Assembly (NCBI GenBank): GCA_963843575.1
Contig: CAWJKZ010000025.1
Location: 282,319 to 346,318 of the forward strand
Direction: 5' to 3'
DNA: 64,000 nucleotides
DNA from: an uncultured Acidobacteriota bacterium
Lineage (GTDB): Bacteria; Acidobacteriota; UBA6911
Every line of letters begins with the position of its first letter. Positions within the stretch are counted from its first letter, which is position 1. Below the pieces are notes generated by a model, which was not told the DNA's origin, searched no databases, and worked only from the letters and a program-made list of their open reading frames with translations. Made by a program: the position numbers and the translations under genes. Shown piece by piece: positions 28,530 to 38,143 of this stretch.

Positions 28530-28985
28530 ATGGGTTGGGATGATGAGCAGAGTACTGGGGAGCGGAACCGGGAATTCGTGCGGCGCTTCATCGAACAGGT
28601 GGTTTCGGACCGGAGGGAAAGCGCCATCGACGAATTCCTGTCGCCCGCCTTTGTCGACCACAACGCCCCTCCGGATCAGCCCCCGGGGAGGGAAGGCGTG
28701 AAACGCACGCTCAAAAAGGTGCAGCACGCGTTTGCCGATGTGCGCGTGCACCTGGACGATCTCCTGGCTGACGGCGACAAGGTGGTGATCCGGCACCGGG
28801 CGGAAGCTACCCACGTCGGCAGCTTCATGGGTTACCCCGGGACCGGCAACAGGCTTTCCTGGACGACGATAAGCATCTACCGGATCGAAGGGGGAAAGAT
28901 CGTCGAGCGCTGGGGACTGGTCGACCACGCCGCCTTGCTGCACCAACTCCGCGGCGACAATCCCGTGATCGCACACGGTGCCTGA
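28530..28985 (+). CDS. SnoaL-like ester cyclase
   Basis: AFAD, DGDKVV, TH.G.FMG.P.TG, YRIEGGKIVERW. Confidence 0.9.
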   Translation: MGWDDEQSTGERNREFVRRFIEQVVSDRRESAIDEFLSPAFVDHNAPPDQPPGREGVKRTLKKVQHAFADVRVHLDDLLADGDKVVIRHRAEATHVGSFMGYPGTGNRLSWTTISIYRIEGGKIVERWGLVDHAALLHQLRGDNPVIAHGA

Positions 28986-28993
28986 AAAAGCCG

Positions 28994-29788
28994 CTACTCG
29001 TCCACGGAGATCAGATCCATCAGGGAGGCGTGGAGCGCCGGGTTGGCCCCGACGACGGAGTAGCTGCGGGCCGTCACCTCGCCGTCGAGCAAGAAGACGA
29101 TCCCGTCCCCACGCGCGTCGGTAAGCAGACCGCCGGCTTCCGGAAACATCAGGCAGGAGGCCGCGATGTCCCAGATGCGGCTGGACCGGTTGACGCAGGC
29201 GCCGAGACGACCGTCGAGCGTATAACAGAAGTCCACGAGCGAGTTGGTCGAGCGCACGTTCCGGACCCCGCGCACGACCTTCTCGAGGGTGCGCACCTCG
29301 CGCGCCGTCCGGGCGGCGTCCTCGGACGGGTCGAGGCCGTAGGCACACAGGACCGTCGAGAGTTCCGTCGCGCCGGAGACTGACACCCGCACCCCGTCCC
29401 GAAACACCCCGCCCCCCTTTTCGCACGTGTACAGCGTATCCGATACCGGGAGATACATCGCCCCCACCACCGGCACGTTTCCTTCCAGGAGCGCCAGGAT
29501 CACGCCGAACCAGGGGATCCCGGCCGCGAAGTTCGAGGTGCCGTCCAGAGGATCGACGACCCAGGTGAAGCCGCCCGTGCCGGCCGCAAAACCGGATTCC
29601 TCCGCCACGATGCCGTGGTCGGGGTGGCGCGCCCGGATCTTCGACAGGATGATCCTCTCGGAGGCAAGGTCGGCGTCCGTGACGATGCTGGCTTGGTTTT
29701 CCTTCACCCTGACGCGGCCGCCCGAACCGAAATGCTGCAGCAACACCTCGCCGGCCGATTTCACACAGTCGACAGCCAGATCAATCAT
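28994..29788 (-). CDS. Inositol monophosphatase family protein
   Basis: VTDADL.SE, EES, WVVDPLDGTSNF, WDIAA, EAGG. Confidence 0.92.
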   Translation of the reverse strand: MIDLAVDCVKSAGEVLLQHFGSGGRVRVKENQASIVTDADLASERIILSKIRARHPDHGIVAEESGFAAGTGGFTWVVDPLDGTSNFAAGIPWFGVILALLEGNVPVVGAMYLPVSDTLYTCEKGGGVFRDGVRVSVSGATELSTVLCAYGLDPSEDAARTAREVRTLEKVVRGVRNVRSTNSLVDFCYTLDGRLGACVNRSSRIWDIAASCLMFPEAGGLLTDARGDGIVFLLDGEVTARSYSVVGANPALHASLMDLISVDE

Positions 29789-29803
29789 GATGCTTCCAGC
29801 CAA

Positions 29804-29873
29804 GTGGGCCGCGTCGGCTCGACGCGGCCCGGTGTCCGGCTCGTATGGGCGGGGTCGGGCCGACCCCGCCCAC
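29804..29873. repeat. REPIN family C copy
   Basis: GTGGGCCGCGTCGGCTCGACGCGGCCC ... GGGCGGGGTCGGGCCGACCCCGCCCAC. Confidence 0.75.
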
Positions 29874-29879
29874 TCAGCC

Positions 29880-31565
29880 CTACACTCGCCTCAGGGCCTT
29901 CCCCGGTCGGGCACCGGTGTGGCGCCCCTGGTCCACCACCGTGACGCCGTTGACGAGCACGTGCTCAATGCCGCGCGCGTAGCGGTGGGGATCGTCGAAC
30001 GTCGCCTCATCCCTGACGGTGCCGGCATCGAATGCGACGAGGTCGGCCTTCATGCCCGGGGCAATTCGCCCGCGGTCGGGCAATCCCACCTGGTCGGCCG
30101 GCATGGCGGTCATTTTCCGGACCGCCTCGGGGAGCGAAAACAGTTTGCGTTCCCTCGTGTAATACCCAAGCACGCGCGCAAATGCACCGTAGGAGCGCGG
30201 GTGCGGGCGCGCCTGCGCAGCGCGTCCGGTGGGGGCCATCGAAGAACCGTCCGACCCGATCATGACGAGCGGGTGTTTCAGCACGGTCTCGACGTTCTCC
30301 GGGCTCATGCCGTGCCCGACGATGGCCACGGCCCCTTCTTCCTCTTCGACGAGCCTCAGGACGGCGTCAACCGGTTGGACGCCCCACCCCCGGGCGACTT
30401 CAACGACGTTCTTGCCGAGGAGGCGCTGGTTCCCGGAGGTCTTCACGCGGGCGAGGACGATCAGGGCGTAGTCGCCGAGTTCGCTCGCCATTTTCCGCTC
30501 GATCTCCCCGCGGAGGCGGGCGCGCCACTGCGGGTCGCGCAGTCGCTGCATCATCGCGGACGTGCCCCCTTCGAGCGCCGCCGCCGGGAATAGGATGGTC
30601 AGGCCGGTGGAATAGGCCGTGTAGGGATAGGCGTCGGCCAGCACGGCGACCCCGTCGCGGCGGGCCGAGGAGATCAGGTCGAGGGCGCCCTGCTGCTTGC
30701 TCCAGTTCGGCCGTCCTGAAGCCTTCAGGTGCGCGATCTCGACGCGGGCGCCGCTCCGGCGGCCGACTGTGAGCGCCTCGTCGACGGCCTCGAGCAGGCC
30801 CGTCTCCTCGTCGCGGATGTGGGAGGCATAGAGGCCGCCGTGGCGGGCGGCGACCCGGGCGAGGGCGACGATCTCCTCGGGAGGCGTGTAGCGGCCCGGC
30901 GTGTATTCGAGCCCGCTGGACAGTCCGAAGGCCCCCTGCTCCATCCCCTCCTCCAGCGCCCGCTCAACCGCCCGCAGCTCGTCCGGGGTGAGGTGCCGGT
31001 CGACGAGCCCGACAGCGTTTTCGCGCAGCGTCCCCTGACCGATCAGCAGTGCCTGGTTGATGGAGATCCCGGCGCGGGCGAGGGTATTACAGTACGAATC
31101 GACGTCCGTCCAGGTCGCGTCTATGCCCTGCTCGAGCCACTCCTTGCGCGCCTCCGCAGCACGCCCGGGGTCGAGTGGCGCGGCCGAACCGCCGCAGTTA
31201 CCCGCCACCTCGGTCGTCACACCCTGGCGGACGCGGCTGTCGGCCGTAGGGTAGAGGAGGATGTCGCCATCCGAGTGCGTGTGGATGTCGATGAAGCCAG
31301 GTGAAACGTGCAGGCCCGTGGCGTCGATTGCGCGCCGGCCCGCGGATGGCGGGATGCGGCCGAGCTCCACGATGCGCTCGCCCGTGATCCCGAGGTCGGC
31401 CTGAAAGGGCTCGCCCCCCGTGCCGTCCAGGACGGTGCCGCCGTGTATCACGACGTCGAAGCTCTCGGCGGCCTGCACACGTCCGCAAGGGAGCGCAAGC
31501 CCGGCCACCGCCGTGCCGCCGGCCTTCAAGAAGCCGCGGCGCGTCCAAAGTCTCGATAAGGACAT
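29880..31565 (-). CDS. N-acyl-D-amino-acid deacylase with TAT leader
   Basis: TRRGFLK; PGFIDIHTHSD, QGVTT..GNCG, GLEYTPG, HPRSYG. Confidence 0.92.
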   Translation of the reverse strand: MSLSRLWTRRGFLKAGGTAVAGLALPCGRVQAAESFDVVIHGGTVLDGTGGEPFQADLGITGERIVELGRIPPSAGRRAIDATGLHVSPGFIDIHTHSDGDILLYPTADSRVRQGVTTEVAGNCGGSAAPLDPGRAAEARKEWLEQGIDATWTDVDSYCNTLARAGISINQALLIGQGTLRENAVGLVDRHLTPDELRAVERALEEGMEQGAFGLSSGLEYTPGRYTPPEEIVALARVAARHGGLYASHIRDEETGLLEAVDEALTVGRRSGARVEIAHLKASGRPNWSKQQGALDLISSARRDGVAVLADAYPYTAYSTGLTILFPAAALEGGTSAMMQRLRDPQWRARLRGEIERKMASELGDYALIVLARVKTSGNQRLLGKNVVEVARGWGVQPVDAVLRLVEEEEGAVAIVGHGMSPENVETVLKHPLVMIGSDGSSMAPTGRAAQARPHPRSYGAFARVLGYYTRERKLFSLPEAVRKMTAMPADQVGLPDRGRIAPGMKADLVAFDAGTVRDEATFDDPHRYARGIEHVLVNGVTVVDQGRHTGARPGKALRRV

Positions 31566-31582
31566 GAATCCCCCCGACAGCT

Positions 31583-31657
31583 AAAACTCACCTTCAAGGA
31601 CTCGAAGAATCTCGAAGGGTTGGGGCATTCGAGACCCTTTGAGGCCTTCGAGGTAAG
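31583..31657. repeat. TCGA-rich approx. 9-nt-period inverted array (family E)
   Basis: CTCGAAGAATCTCGAAGGG ... CCCTTTGAGGCCTTCGAG; similar arrays near 2170, 17592, 27147, 34205, 34610, 37570. Confidence 0.6.
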
Positions 31658-31659
31658 CC

Positions 31660-34194
31660 TCATGATCGGGCCCCGGCGGTGAAGCGTATCTCCTTGATTT
31701 CCACCTTCCCGGCCGCCGGCTCGAAAAACGGCTTCCCATCCCTGACCCCGACGGTGCCGTAGCCGGCAGCCGTCGAGAGGAATGCGCGGAAATCGCCCGT
31801 GATCCTGGGTTGCAGATAGAGGACATTCTCGACGGCGTCGTAGCGGGCGCCGCTCAGCGCCTGCAGCAGCGCGTACGAGGACATGGCCCGTGCATACCAG
31901 TGCCCGCACTCGTACTCGTCGAACGGGTTGCGCACCCTGCCGTCGTAGCGGCTCCGGCAGACGCGTACGATTTCCAGCCCTTCCTTGACCATCCCCACCA
32001 TGATCAGGTGGGCGGCGACCTGGTACTCGATGCCGGTCCAGACCTCGTCGGAGTAGACGAACGGGAGCGTCAACTTGCCCCCTTTCGGCCACGAGCAGAG
32101 CAGGAGCCCCCCTTCGGACCCGCACGCGTACGACGGGCGCTGGGGGTTGGCGTGGGTCGACAGGTCCTTCCGCAGGTTGTATCGGTGGACGGACCTGAGG
32201 TGGCTGGCTACCTTGGCGCGGTCGAGCACCTGGCCGACACCGCAGACGAGCGCAATCCACAACCCGAGGACGCCGTCGGAGAGGCAGCCTTCGCCGTACT
32301 GGTACTTCGGCCCCTCCCGCTCGAGGAGGGCGCGCGCCTCGGGCGAGTACTCGCCGACCATGCTCTTGGTCTCGAGCGGGCTGCGGGCGCGCAGGTTTTT
32401 CCACTCGATCTTCTGGATGAAGTACTCCCCGTTGTACAGGTCCTGCTCCGCCGCGCGCACTCCCTTGTCGAGCAGCGCCTGGTAGCCGGAGACCTCTTCC
32501 CCGAGCGCCTTCCCCATCACGACCGCCGCGGTCAGCGCGCCGAGATAGAAGCTGGTGCACATGCCGTCGGGTCCCCAGAATTCGATGTCGTAGGTGTTGT
32601 GGTGCGGCTCCTCGAGCCAGCCGCGGCCCGACGGGTCCCACGTTTCGATGCAGTAGTCGAGGCTCTTTCTGACCTTCGGCCACAGCTGCCGGAGCCACGC
32701 GGTGTCGCCTCCGATGCGCCATTCGCGGAACACCTTCATTATGCCGCCGAGCTGGCCATCGGCCGCGGCGTGGAAATCGTGCTCGAGCACCCGGATCGGC
32801 AGGGCGCTGCGAAACGCCTGGTGCCCGGCGTCGTCCTGCGACGGCCCGAACTCGGTCTCGCGCAGCGAGCGCTCGAGGGCCGGGAAAAGGTGGGGGATCG
32901 CCTGGGCGTAATTCCAGACGTGCGTGCACGAACCGTGACAGCAGCCCGAGCTGTCGCTGCAGCCCTCCCAGGACCACAGCCTGCCGTCCGCCTGGCGCAG
33001 CACGGTCGGCGACTTGAGGATCGCCAGGTTGGCGCCGACCGCCTCGATCGCCTCCTCCGGGAGGGTGGTGTCGTAGAAACAGGCGCTGAAGCGCGACGTC
33101 TTCTGCCGAAGCGGCTCGTACTGCGCGCCCCAGTAGGAGGTGAGTTCGTCGATTCCCGCGAACCGTTCCGCGTACCAGGGGCGGTAGAACGAGCTGGCGG
33201 CGATAACCTCCGGGGAAGCGCCCGCAGGGTCCTTGCCGAACCGCAGGTTCGTCTTGCCCGCGTACCAGGCGAGGCGCAGCACAACCGTTGCGGACTTGCC
33301 GGCCGCTACCCGGAACGGCACGAACAGGGTGGCGCCGGGTGACGCGGCGCCGTCGGCCACGGGGGGCCGTTCGAAACACGCCGCCTCGACGACGTCCTTC
33401 CAGGCCACGGTGAGGGCATCCCACCAACCGCCCCGGAACCAGGCGTGATTCACCTTGGCACCGGGGTCCGGCACGGTGAACGACATGGCGCACTCGTCCC
33501 ACGGCTTCTCCTCGGGCGCCCCGCCCCAGAGCACGAATCCCCCCGCCGTGGGGCGCACGGCCTGACGCGCGCGGTCGAGCACCAGAAAGTTCCTCGCGTT
33601 GAACGAAAACACACCCTCCACCGGGGCTGCAGAGGTGTTGGTGACTGCGTACTCCAGGCCGGCGACCGGGAGGCTGGCGTTGTCCGCATCGCCGGGTTCG
33701 AAAGGGCTCCAGCCGGTAATTTCGACGCCCACGGGGAGGCCCGGGTCCTCGAGCGTGACCATCCCGAACGGGAAACGGAAGCGGAAACCGGCGCGCGCGA
33801 AGCGCGGCAGCCCGTAGGTCGAACCTCCCGCCCCGTTGCCGGTGTCCGGCCTGCCGAAAAGCTTCCAGCCCGGGACCGGCCCTTCGAGCACGCGGGCAGC
33901 GGCCGGGCGCTTCTTGATCCCAATGGCGGCGAACACGCACGGCTCGTTGAAGACCTCGGGCCTGTTCCTCAGCGAGAAGTGGGAGAGCGCGCCTGTCCCC
34001 TCGAGACAGATCATCCCGCCACCCATCCCTCCCATGGGAAACGCGACGCGGCTGAGCCGGTCGCCGGAGTAAAGATCGTCGCGCCGCCGGGCCGTAGCGG
34101 ATTTCCTGGCCTTCTTAGGTGGTTGAATCGTGCCGGCGGCTACGCCCGTAGCCGAGAGCTCGAGGAATTTTCTCCGTGGCATCCGACTAGCCAT
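31660..34194 (-). CDS. GH116 (non-lysosomal glucosylceramidase-like) glycoside hydrolase with TAT leader
   Basis: PRRKFL; FPMGGMGGG, SCTHVWNY, AADGQ, HNTYD, EVWTG.EY, ECG.WY.R. Confidence 0.9.
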   Translation of the reverse strand: MASRMPRRKFLELSATGVAAGTIQPPKKARKSATARRRDDLYSGDRLSRVAFPMGGMGGGMICLEGTGALSHFSLRNRPEVFNEPCVFAAIGIKKRPAAARVLEGPVPGWKLFGRPDTGNGAGGSTYGLPRFARAGFRFRFPFGMVTLEDPGLPVGVEITGWSPFEPGDADNASLPVAGLEYAVTNTSAAPVEGVFSFNARNFLVLDRARQAVRPTAGGFVLWGGAPEEKPWDECAMSFTVPDPGAKVNHAWFRGGWWDALTVAWKDVVEAACFERPPVADGAASPGATLFVPFRVAAGKSATVVLRLAWYAGKTNLRFGKDPAGASPEVIAASSFYRPWYAERFAGIDELTSYWGAQYEPLRQKTSRFSACFYDTTLPEEAIEAVGANLAILKSPTVLRQADGRLWSWEGCSDSSGCCHGSCTHVWNYAQAIPHLFPALERSLRETEFGPSQDDAGHQAFRSALPIRVLEHDFHAAADGQLGGIMKVFREWRIGGDTAWLRQLWPKVRKSLDYCIETWDPSGRGWLEEPHHNTYDIEFWGPDGMCTSFYLGALTAAVVMGKALGEEVSGYQALLDKGVRAAEQDLYNGEYFIQKIEWKNLRARSPLETKSMVGEYSPEARALLEREGPKYQYGEGCLSDGVLGLWIALVCGVGQVLDRAKVASHLRSVHRYNLRKDLSTHANPQRPSYACGSEGGLLLCSWPKGGKLTLPFVYSDEVWTGIEYQVAAHLIMVGMVKEGLEIVRVCRSRYDGRVRNPFDEYECGHWYARAMSSYALLQALSGARYDAVENVLYLQPRITGDFRAFLSTAAGYGTVGVRDGKPFFEPAAGKVEIKEIRFTAGARS

Positions 34195-34469
34195 AACACC
34201 CCTCCTTCGAGAAGCCTGGAGGCCTGTGAGAAGCCTTCGAGGTGAAAAACTGGACCAACCTCGAAGTCTCGAAGGCCTCGAAGGATCTCAAAGAAATCAG
34301 ACCTCGCCCTGTTTTCCCGTGATTTTGCAGCCAAGTCTCGTCGGGGCGCAAGCTAAACCAGAGCCCTTAGAACGCAGATTCCGCGGATCCAACGGATTCA
34401 CGCGGATCAACCGCGCCTGTCGCCAAGTCGATCTGTGGCGATCCGCGCGCATCCGCGTCCTGAAAAATA

Positions 34470-34624
34470 CGTTGGCGTCCGACTGGGCCGCCTTGGTGGG
34501 CGAGTTCCGCGAGCACTCCGGGCTGCGCCTGCCCGCGCACGTCGAAGCCGCATGGCTCCTCCCCGAAGGCGAGTTCAGGTACTACAGGGCCGACGTGACC
34601 TCGGTGCGCCTCGAAATTCTTTGA
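34470..34624 (+). pseudogene. C-terminal relic, DUF6544-like
   Basis: W...VGEFREHSGLRLP..VEAAWLLPEGEF.YYR with no start; flanked by repeat arrays. Confidence 0.5.
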
Positions 34625-34718
34625 GCCCTTCAGGGTGAGAACAAGAGCCGACCCCGAAGGCTCGAAGGGCTAAAGAATCTCAAAAGGCAGCGGTGGCCGC
34701 CATTGTAGAATGTGGCGC

Positions 34719-35975
34719 ATGCGTCTTAAAGCTGCTGTCGTCGCCCTGTTGTGCGTTTTGGTCACACTCCCCGGCGCCTTTGCCGAGGACCCGCTCGTCG
34801 CGAAGGCCCTCGCGATACACAAGCGAGCGCTCACGATCGACTCGCACGTCGATATCGCGGGCGCCGAGTACGCCACCTCCGCACTCGACCCCGGCGCCCC
34901 GTCCACCGACATGCGCTGCGACCTCACCAAGATGGAGAAAGGGGAGCTCGACGGCGTGTTTCTGGCCGCGTTTGTGGCCCAGGGGCCGCTCGACGAGGCA
35001 GGCTACAGGAGTGCCTACGACGAGGCGATGGCGAAGTTCGAGGCGCTCCGCCGCCTTACCGGCGTGATGTACCCGGGCCGGTGCGCCTTCGCCACCACGC
35101 CCGCCGAGGTCGAACGGATCGCCGGGACCGGCAGGCGCGTCATCATGACCGGGGTGGAGAACGGTTACCCCATCGGCACCGACCTCGCCAACATCGCCAG
35201 GTTCTACGACCTCGGCGCGCGCTACATCACGATCGCCCACAGCGGCAACAATCAGCTGGCCGATTCCTCCAGCGCCCCCGAGCCGCTGCACAACGGGCTG
35301 TCGGCCCTGGGAAAGCAGGCGGTCGCGGAGATGAACCGGCTCGGTATGATGGTCGACGTGTCGCACATCTCCGAAAAATCCTTCTGGGACATCATTGCGA
35401 TCACAAAGGCGCCGGTCATCGCATCCCACTCCGGCTGCAAGGCGCTCACCGATTCCGACCGCAACCTCACCGACGCCCAGCTCCGGGCATTGGCCAAGAA
35501 TGGCGGCGTCATCCAGGTGGTCGCACTCAGCAGCTATCTCAAGACCGAGGATCCCGCCAGGCGGGCGGCCGTGACCCGGCTGCGCGAGGAGTTCGGATTC
35601 GGCCGCCGCACGAGGCGCGCTGACACGCAGGCGATGACGGAGGAGCAACGCGTCGAGTTTCAGAAGAAGATCGCGCAATACCGGCAAGGGATGAAGGGCA
35701 TCGACGCCAAGTTCCCATCCGCCACCCTGAAGGACTTCGTCGATCACCTCGACCACGCGGTGAAGATCGCCGGGATCGATCACGTGGGCATCGGGACGGA
35801 CTTCGACGGCGGGGGTGGCATCGCCGGGTTCAACGACGACACCGAGGCGCCGAACGTCACGATCGAATTGGTCCGGCGCGGCTACAGCGAAAAACAGATC
35901 CGGAAGATCTGGGGCGGGAACTTCCTGCGCGTCTGGCGCAAAGTGGGCCGCGTCGGCTCGACGCGCCCCTCATAA
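34719..35975 (+). CDS. Membrane dipeptidase (peptidase M19)
   Basis: IDSHVD, GVENG, VDVSH, IASHS, RNLTD, DHVGIGTDFDGGG, KIWGGN. Confidence 0.92.
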   Translation: MRLKAAVVALLCVLVTLPGAFAEDPLVAKALAIHKRALTIDSHVDIAGAEYATSALDPGAPSTDMRCDLTKMEKGELDGVFLAAFVAQGPLDEAGYRSAYDEAMAKFEALRRLTGVMYPGRCAFATTPAEVERIAGTGRRVIMTGVENGYPIGTDLANIARFYDLGARYITIAHSGNNQLADSSSAPEPLHNGLSALGKQAVAEMNRLGMMVDVSHISEKSFWDIIAITKAPVIASHSGCKALTDSDRNLTDAQLRALAKNGGVIQVVALSSYLKTEDPARRAAVTRLREEFGFGRRTRRADTQAMTEEQRVEFQKKIAQYRQGMKGIDAKFPSATLKDFVDHLDHAVKIAGIDHVGIGTDFDGGGGIAGFNDDTEAPNVTIELVRRGYSEKQIRKIWGGNFLRVWRKVGRVGSTRPS

Positions 35976-35991
35976 GCTAACCAACGCTCCA

Positions 35992-36260
35992 GGACGCGGA
36001 TTTGCGCGGATGCACGCGGATTTTGACTTGGTGACAGGCCGCGCCCGGCGTTCCTCCCCGCGGGCTGCCTTTGGCACGCATCAAAGCCCGGCTCCCGCAG
36101 GAAAACGCGGACCTTGAATTGAAGCGGTAACCTTCCAACCGCGCGCTTTCCTGCGGGAGCCGGGCTTTGGTGCATCGGCGCGAAGCGCCGGCCCGCGGGG
36201 AGGAATGCCGGGCGCGGCCGATCCGCGTAAATCCGTCAAATCCGCGGAAATCCGCGTTCT
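35992..36260. repeat. Approx. 270-bp nested inverted repeat (MITE-like) with ACGCGGAT/ATCCGCG arrays at the ends
   Basis: Arms 36037-36065/36191-36219 and 36082-36104/36147-36169. Confidence 0.8.
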
Positions 36261-36348
36261 GCTATGTTATTCGGAAACAGCTCCATCCCAAGAATACGTT
36301 GGCGCGTTTATGCGAGCACCTTGCCGCCGCGTCGCGACGCCGCGGGTT

Positions 36349-37524
36349 TCAGGCCGACTGCGCCGCTGCGTCGGTCGAACAGAGCCGGAGTATTTCCGAA
36401 ACCTCCCGGGGTCCGATGTCGGCGTGCTCGCCGAGCCTGGTTCCACGCTCGGCGAACCGCGCGGGTACGGCTTCCCAGCCGGATGCGATACCGTAATGCG
36501 ACAGGCGCGTCCCTACCCCGACCGAGCGGAAGAACCCTTCCGTGCGTGCGATCGCCGCGTCGATCTTCTGCTCGTCGCTCCCTTCGCGCACGCCCCAGAC
36601 ACGCTCGGCATACTGGATGAGCTTGCCGGCCTTGCGCGCCTTCTGGTGGCGCATGAGGGCGGGCAGTATGACCGCGAGCGTCTGCGCGTGATCGAGCCCG
36701 TAGAGCGCCGTCAGCTCGTGGCCAATCGCGTGGGTCGCCCAGTCCTGCGGCAGCCCGACCGCTATGAACCCGTTGAGCGCGGTGGTCGCCGCCCAGACCA
36801 TGGTGGCGCGGGTGTCGTAATCGCGCGGCGAGGCGAGGACCTTGGGAGCGATCTCGACCAGGGTCATCAGAATGCTCTCGGCGAACCTGTCCTGCAGAGG
36901 GGCGTGCACGTCGTAGGTCAGGTATTGCTCCATCACGTGCACGAAGGCGTCCACGATGCCGTTGCTGACTTGCCGCGTGGGGAGCGAGAACATCGTTTCC
37001 GGGTCGAGGATCGAAAAAACGGGGTAGACGAGCGGGTTGCCGAATGCGAGCTTTTCGCGCGTCGAGTCGCGTGAGATCACGGCGAAGAAGTTCATCTCCG
37101 AACCGGTCGCCGCCAGGGTCAGGACCGAGCCGAACGGTACCGCCCGCGCAAACGTGGCGCCCGCTGCCAGGATGTCCCAGGGATCGCCGGATTCGTAGGG
37201 CGCCGCCGCCGCAATGAACTTGACGCCGTCCACGACCGACCCGCCGCCGACGGCAAGTATGAAACCGACGCGCCGGGTTCGGACGATTTCCACCGCCTTC
37301 ATCAGCGTCTCGTACCGCGGATTGGGCTCGATGCCGCCGAACTCCAGCACCTCGCGGCCCACCAGGGCTCGCATGACCTGGTCGTAGACGCCGTTGGACT
37401 TGATCGAACCGCCGCCGTAGGCGAGCAGGATACGTTGTCCCGCCGGAACCAGCGACGCGAGCTGCGCAATAGAGCCCTTGCCAAAAACGATTTTTACCGG
37501 GTTGTGATAGGTGAAATTCTGCAT
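36349..37524 (-). CDS. yqhD: NADPH-dependent iron-containing alcohol dehydrogenase (YqhD-like)
   Basis: YGGGSIK, GIEPNP, GGGSV.DG, TGSEMN, DWATH.IGHELTA. Confidence 0.88.
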   Translation of the reverse strand: MQNFTYHNPVKIVFGKGSIAQLASLVPAGQRILLAYGGGSIKSNGVYDQVMRALVGREVLEFGGIEPNPRYETLMKAVEIVRTRRVGFILAVGGGSVVDGVKFIAAAAPYESGDPWDILAAGATFARAVPFGSVLTLAATGSEMNFFAVISRDSTREKLAFGNPLVYPVFSILDPETMFSLPTRQVSNGIVDAFVHVMEQYLTYDVHAPLQDRFAESILMTLVEIAPKVLASPRDYDTRATMVWAATTALNGFIAVGLPQDWATHAIGHELTALYGLDHAQTLAVILPALMRHQKARKAGKLIQYAERVWGVREGSDEQKIDAAIARTEGFFRSVGVGTRLSHYGIASGWEAVPARFAERGTRLGEHADIGPREVSEILRLCSTDAAAQSA

Positions 37525-37646
37525 AGGGGATTAATCCTATCACGTCGGATTGCGGAGGGAGCGGGACATCTTCGAGATTCCGGGAGACCTTCGTGACTTC
37601 GAGGCGAAATCAAAAAGCCCCGGCTCGAAGTCTCGAAGGATTGCTG

Positions 37647-37958
37647 TCAAAAGCGGTTCTGCCTGTCGTGCTTCTCCCGGTAGATGCGGCGGCTGGACCG
37701 GTTGAGATCACGGTTGATCCGCGCCCGTTCGCGCACCGTGAAGGCCCCGTCGGACCGGGCGCGCAACTCGTGCCGGCGGATGCGCGCCTGCTCCCGCTCC
37801 AGCACCCTTGTTTCCTGCCTGGTCAACTCGCCGCTCCTGACCCCCTGGGCGATGCGCCGCTGCTGGTTGTGCTGCCGCCGGTTGACGCCGGCTTCGACGC
37901 TCGACAGCGCGCCGGCGACGATCACGATACCCACTGCACCCACCACGGATTTCCACAT
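37647..37958 (-). CDS. Secreted Arg-rich helical-repeat hypothetical protein
   Basis: Signal peptide; RQHNQQRRI.QGV.SGELT..E ... DG..T..ER; GGGAGAGG RBS. Confidence 0.8.
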   Translation of the reverse strand: MWKSVVGAVGIVIVAGALSSVEAGVNRRQHNQQRRIAQGVRSGELTRQETRVLEREQARIRRHELRARSDGAFTVRERARINRDLNRSSRRIYREKHDRQNRF

Positions 37959-38143
37959 GGTCGTCCTCTCCCTTCGGTTGCCCTCGGAACATCTGCTGCT
38001 GCAGGTACAAACCCGCGCGGACGGGAAAAGTTGCGGGAGGTCATTCGACACCGGTGGTCGAAGCAGCCTCAATTTGGATTTTGAAGTTGTTTTCTGCTGC
38101 CGGGCGGGCTAAGAGTGGTCAAACTGCGGGCGTGGAGGCAGGC

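Noticed and set aside
3485-33940. Long antisense or alternate-frame ORFs (e.g. 3485..5719, 9060..11378, 31526..33940)
   Set aside because: Shadows of real genes in high-GC DNA; Arg/Gly/Pro-rich with no recognisable motifs.
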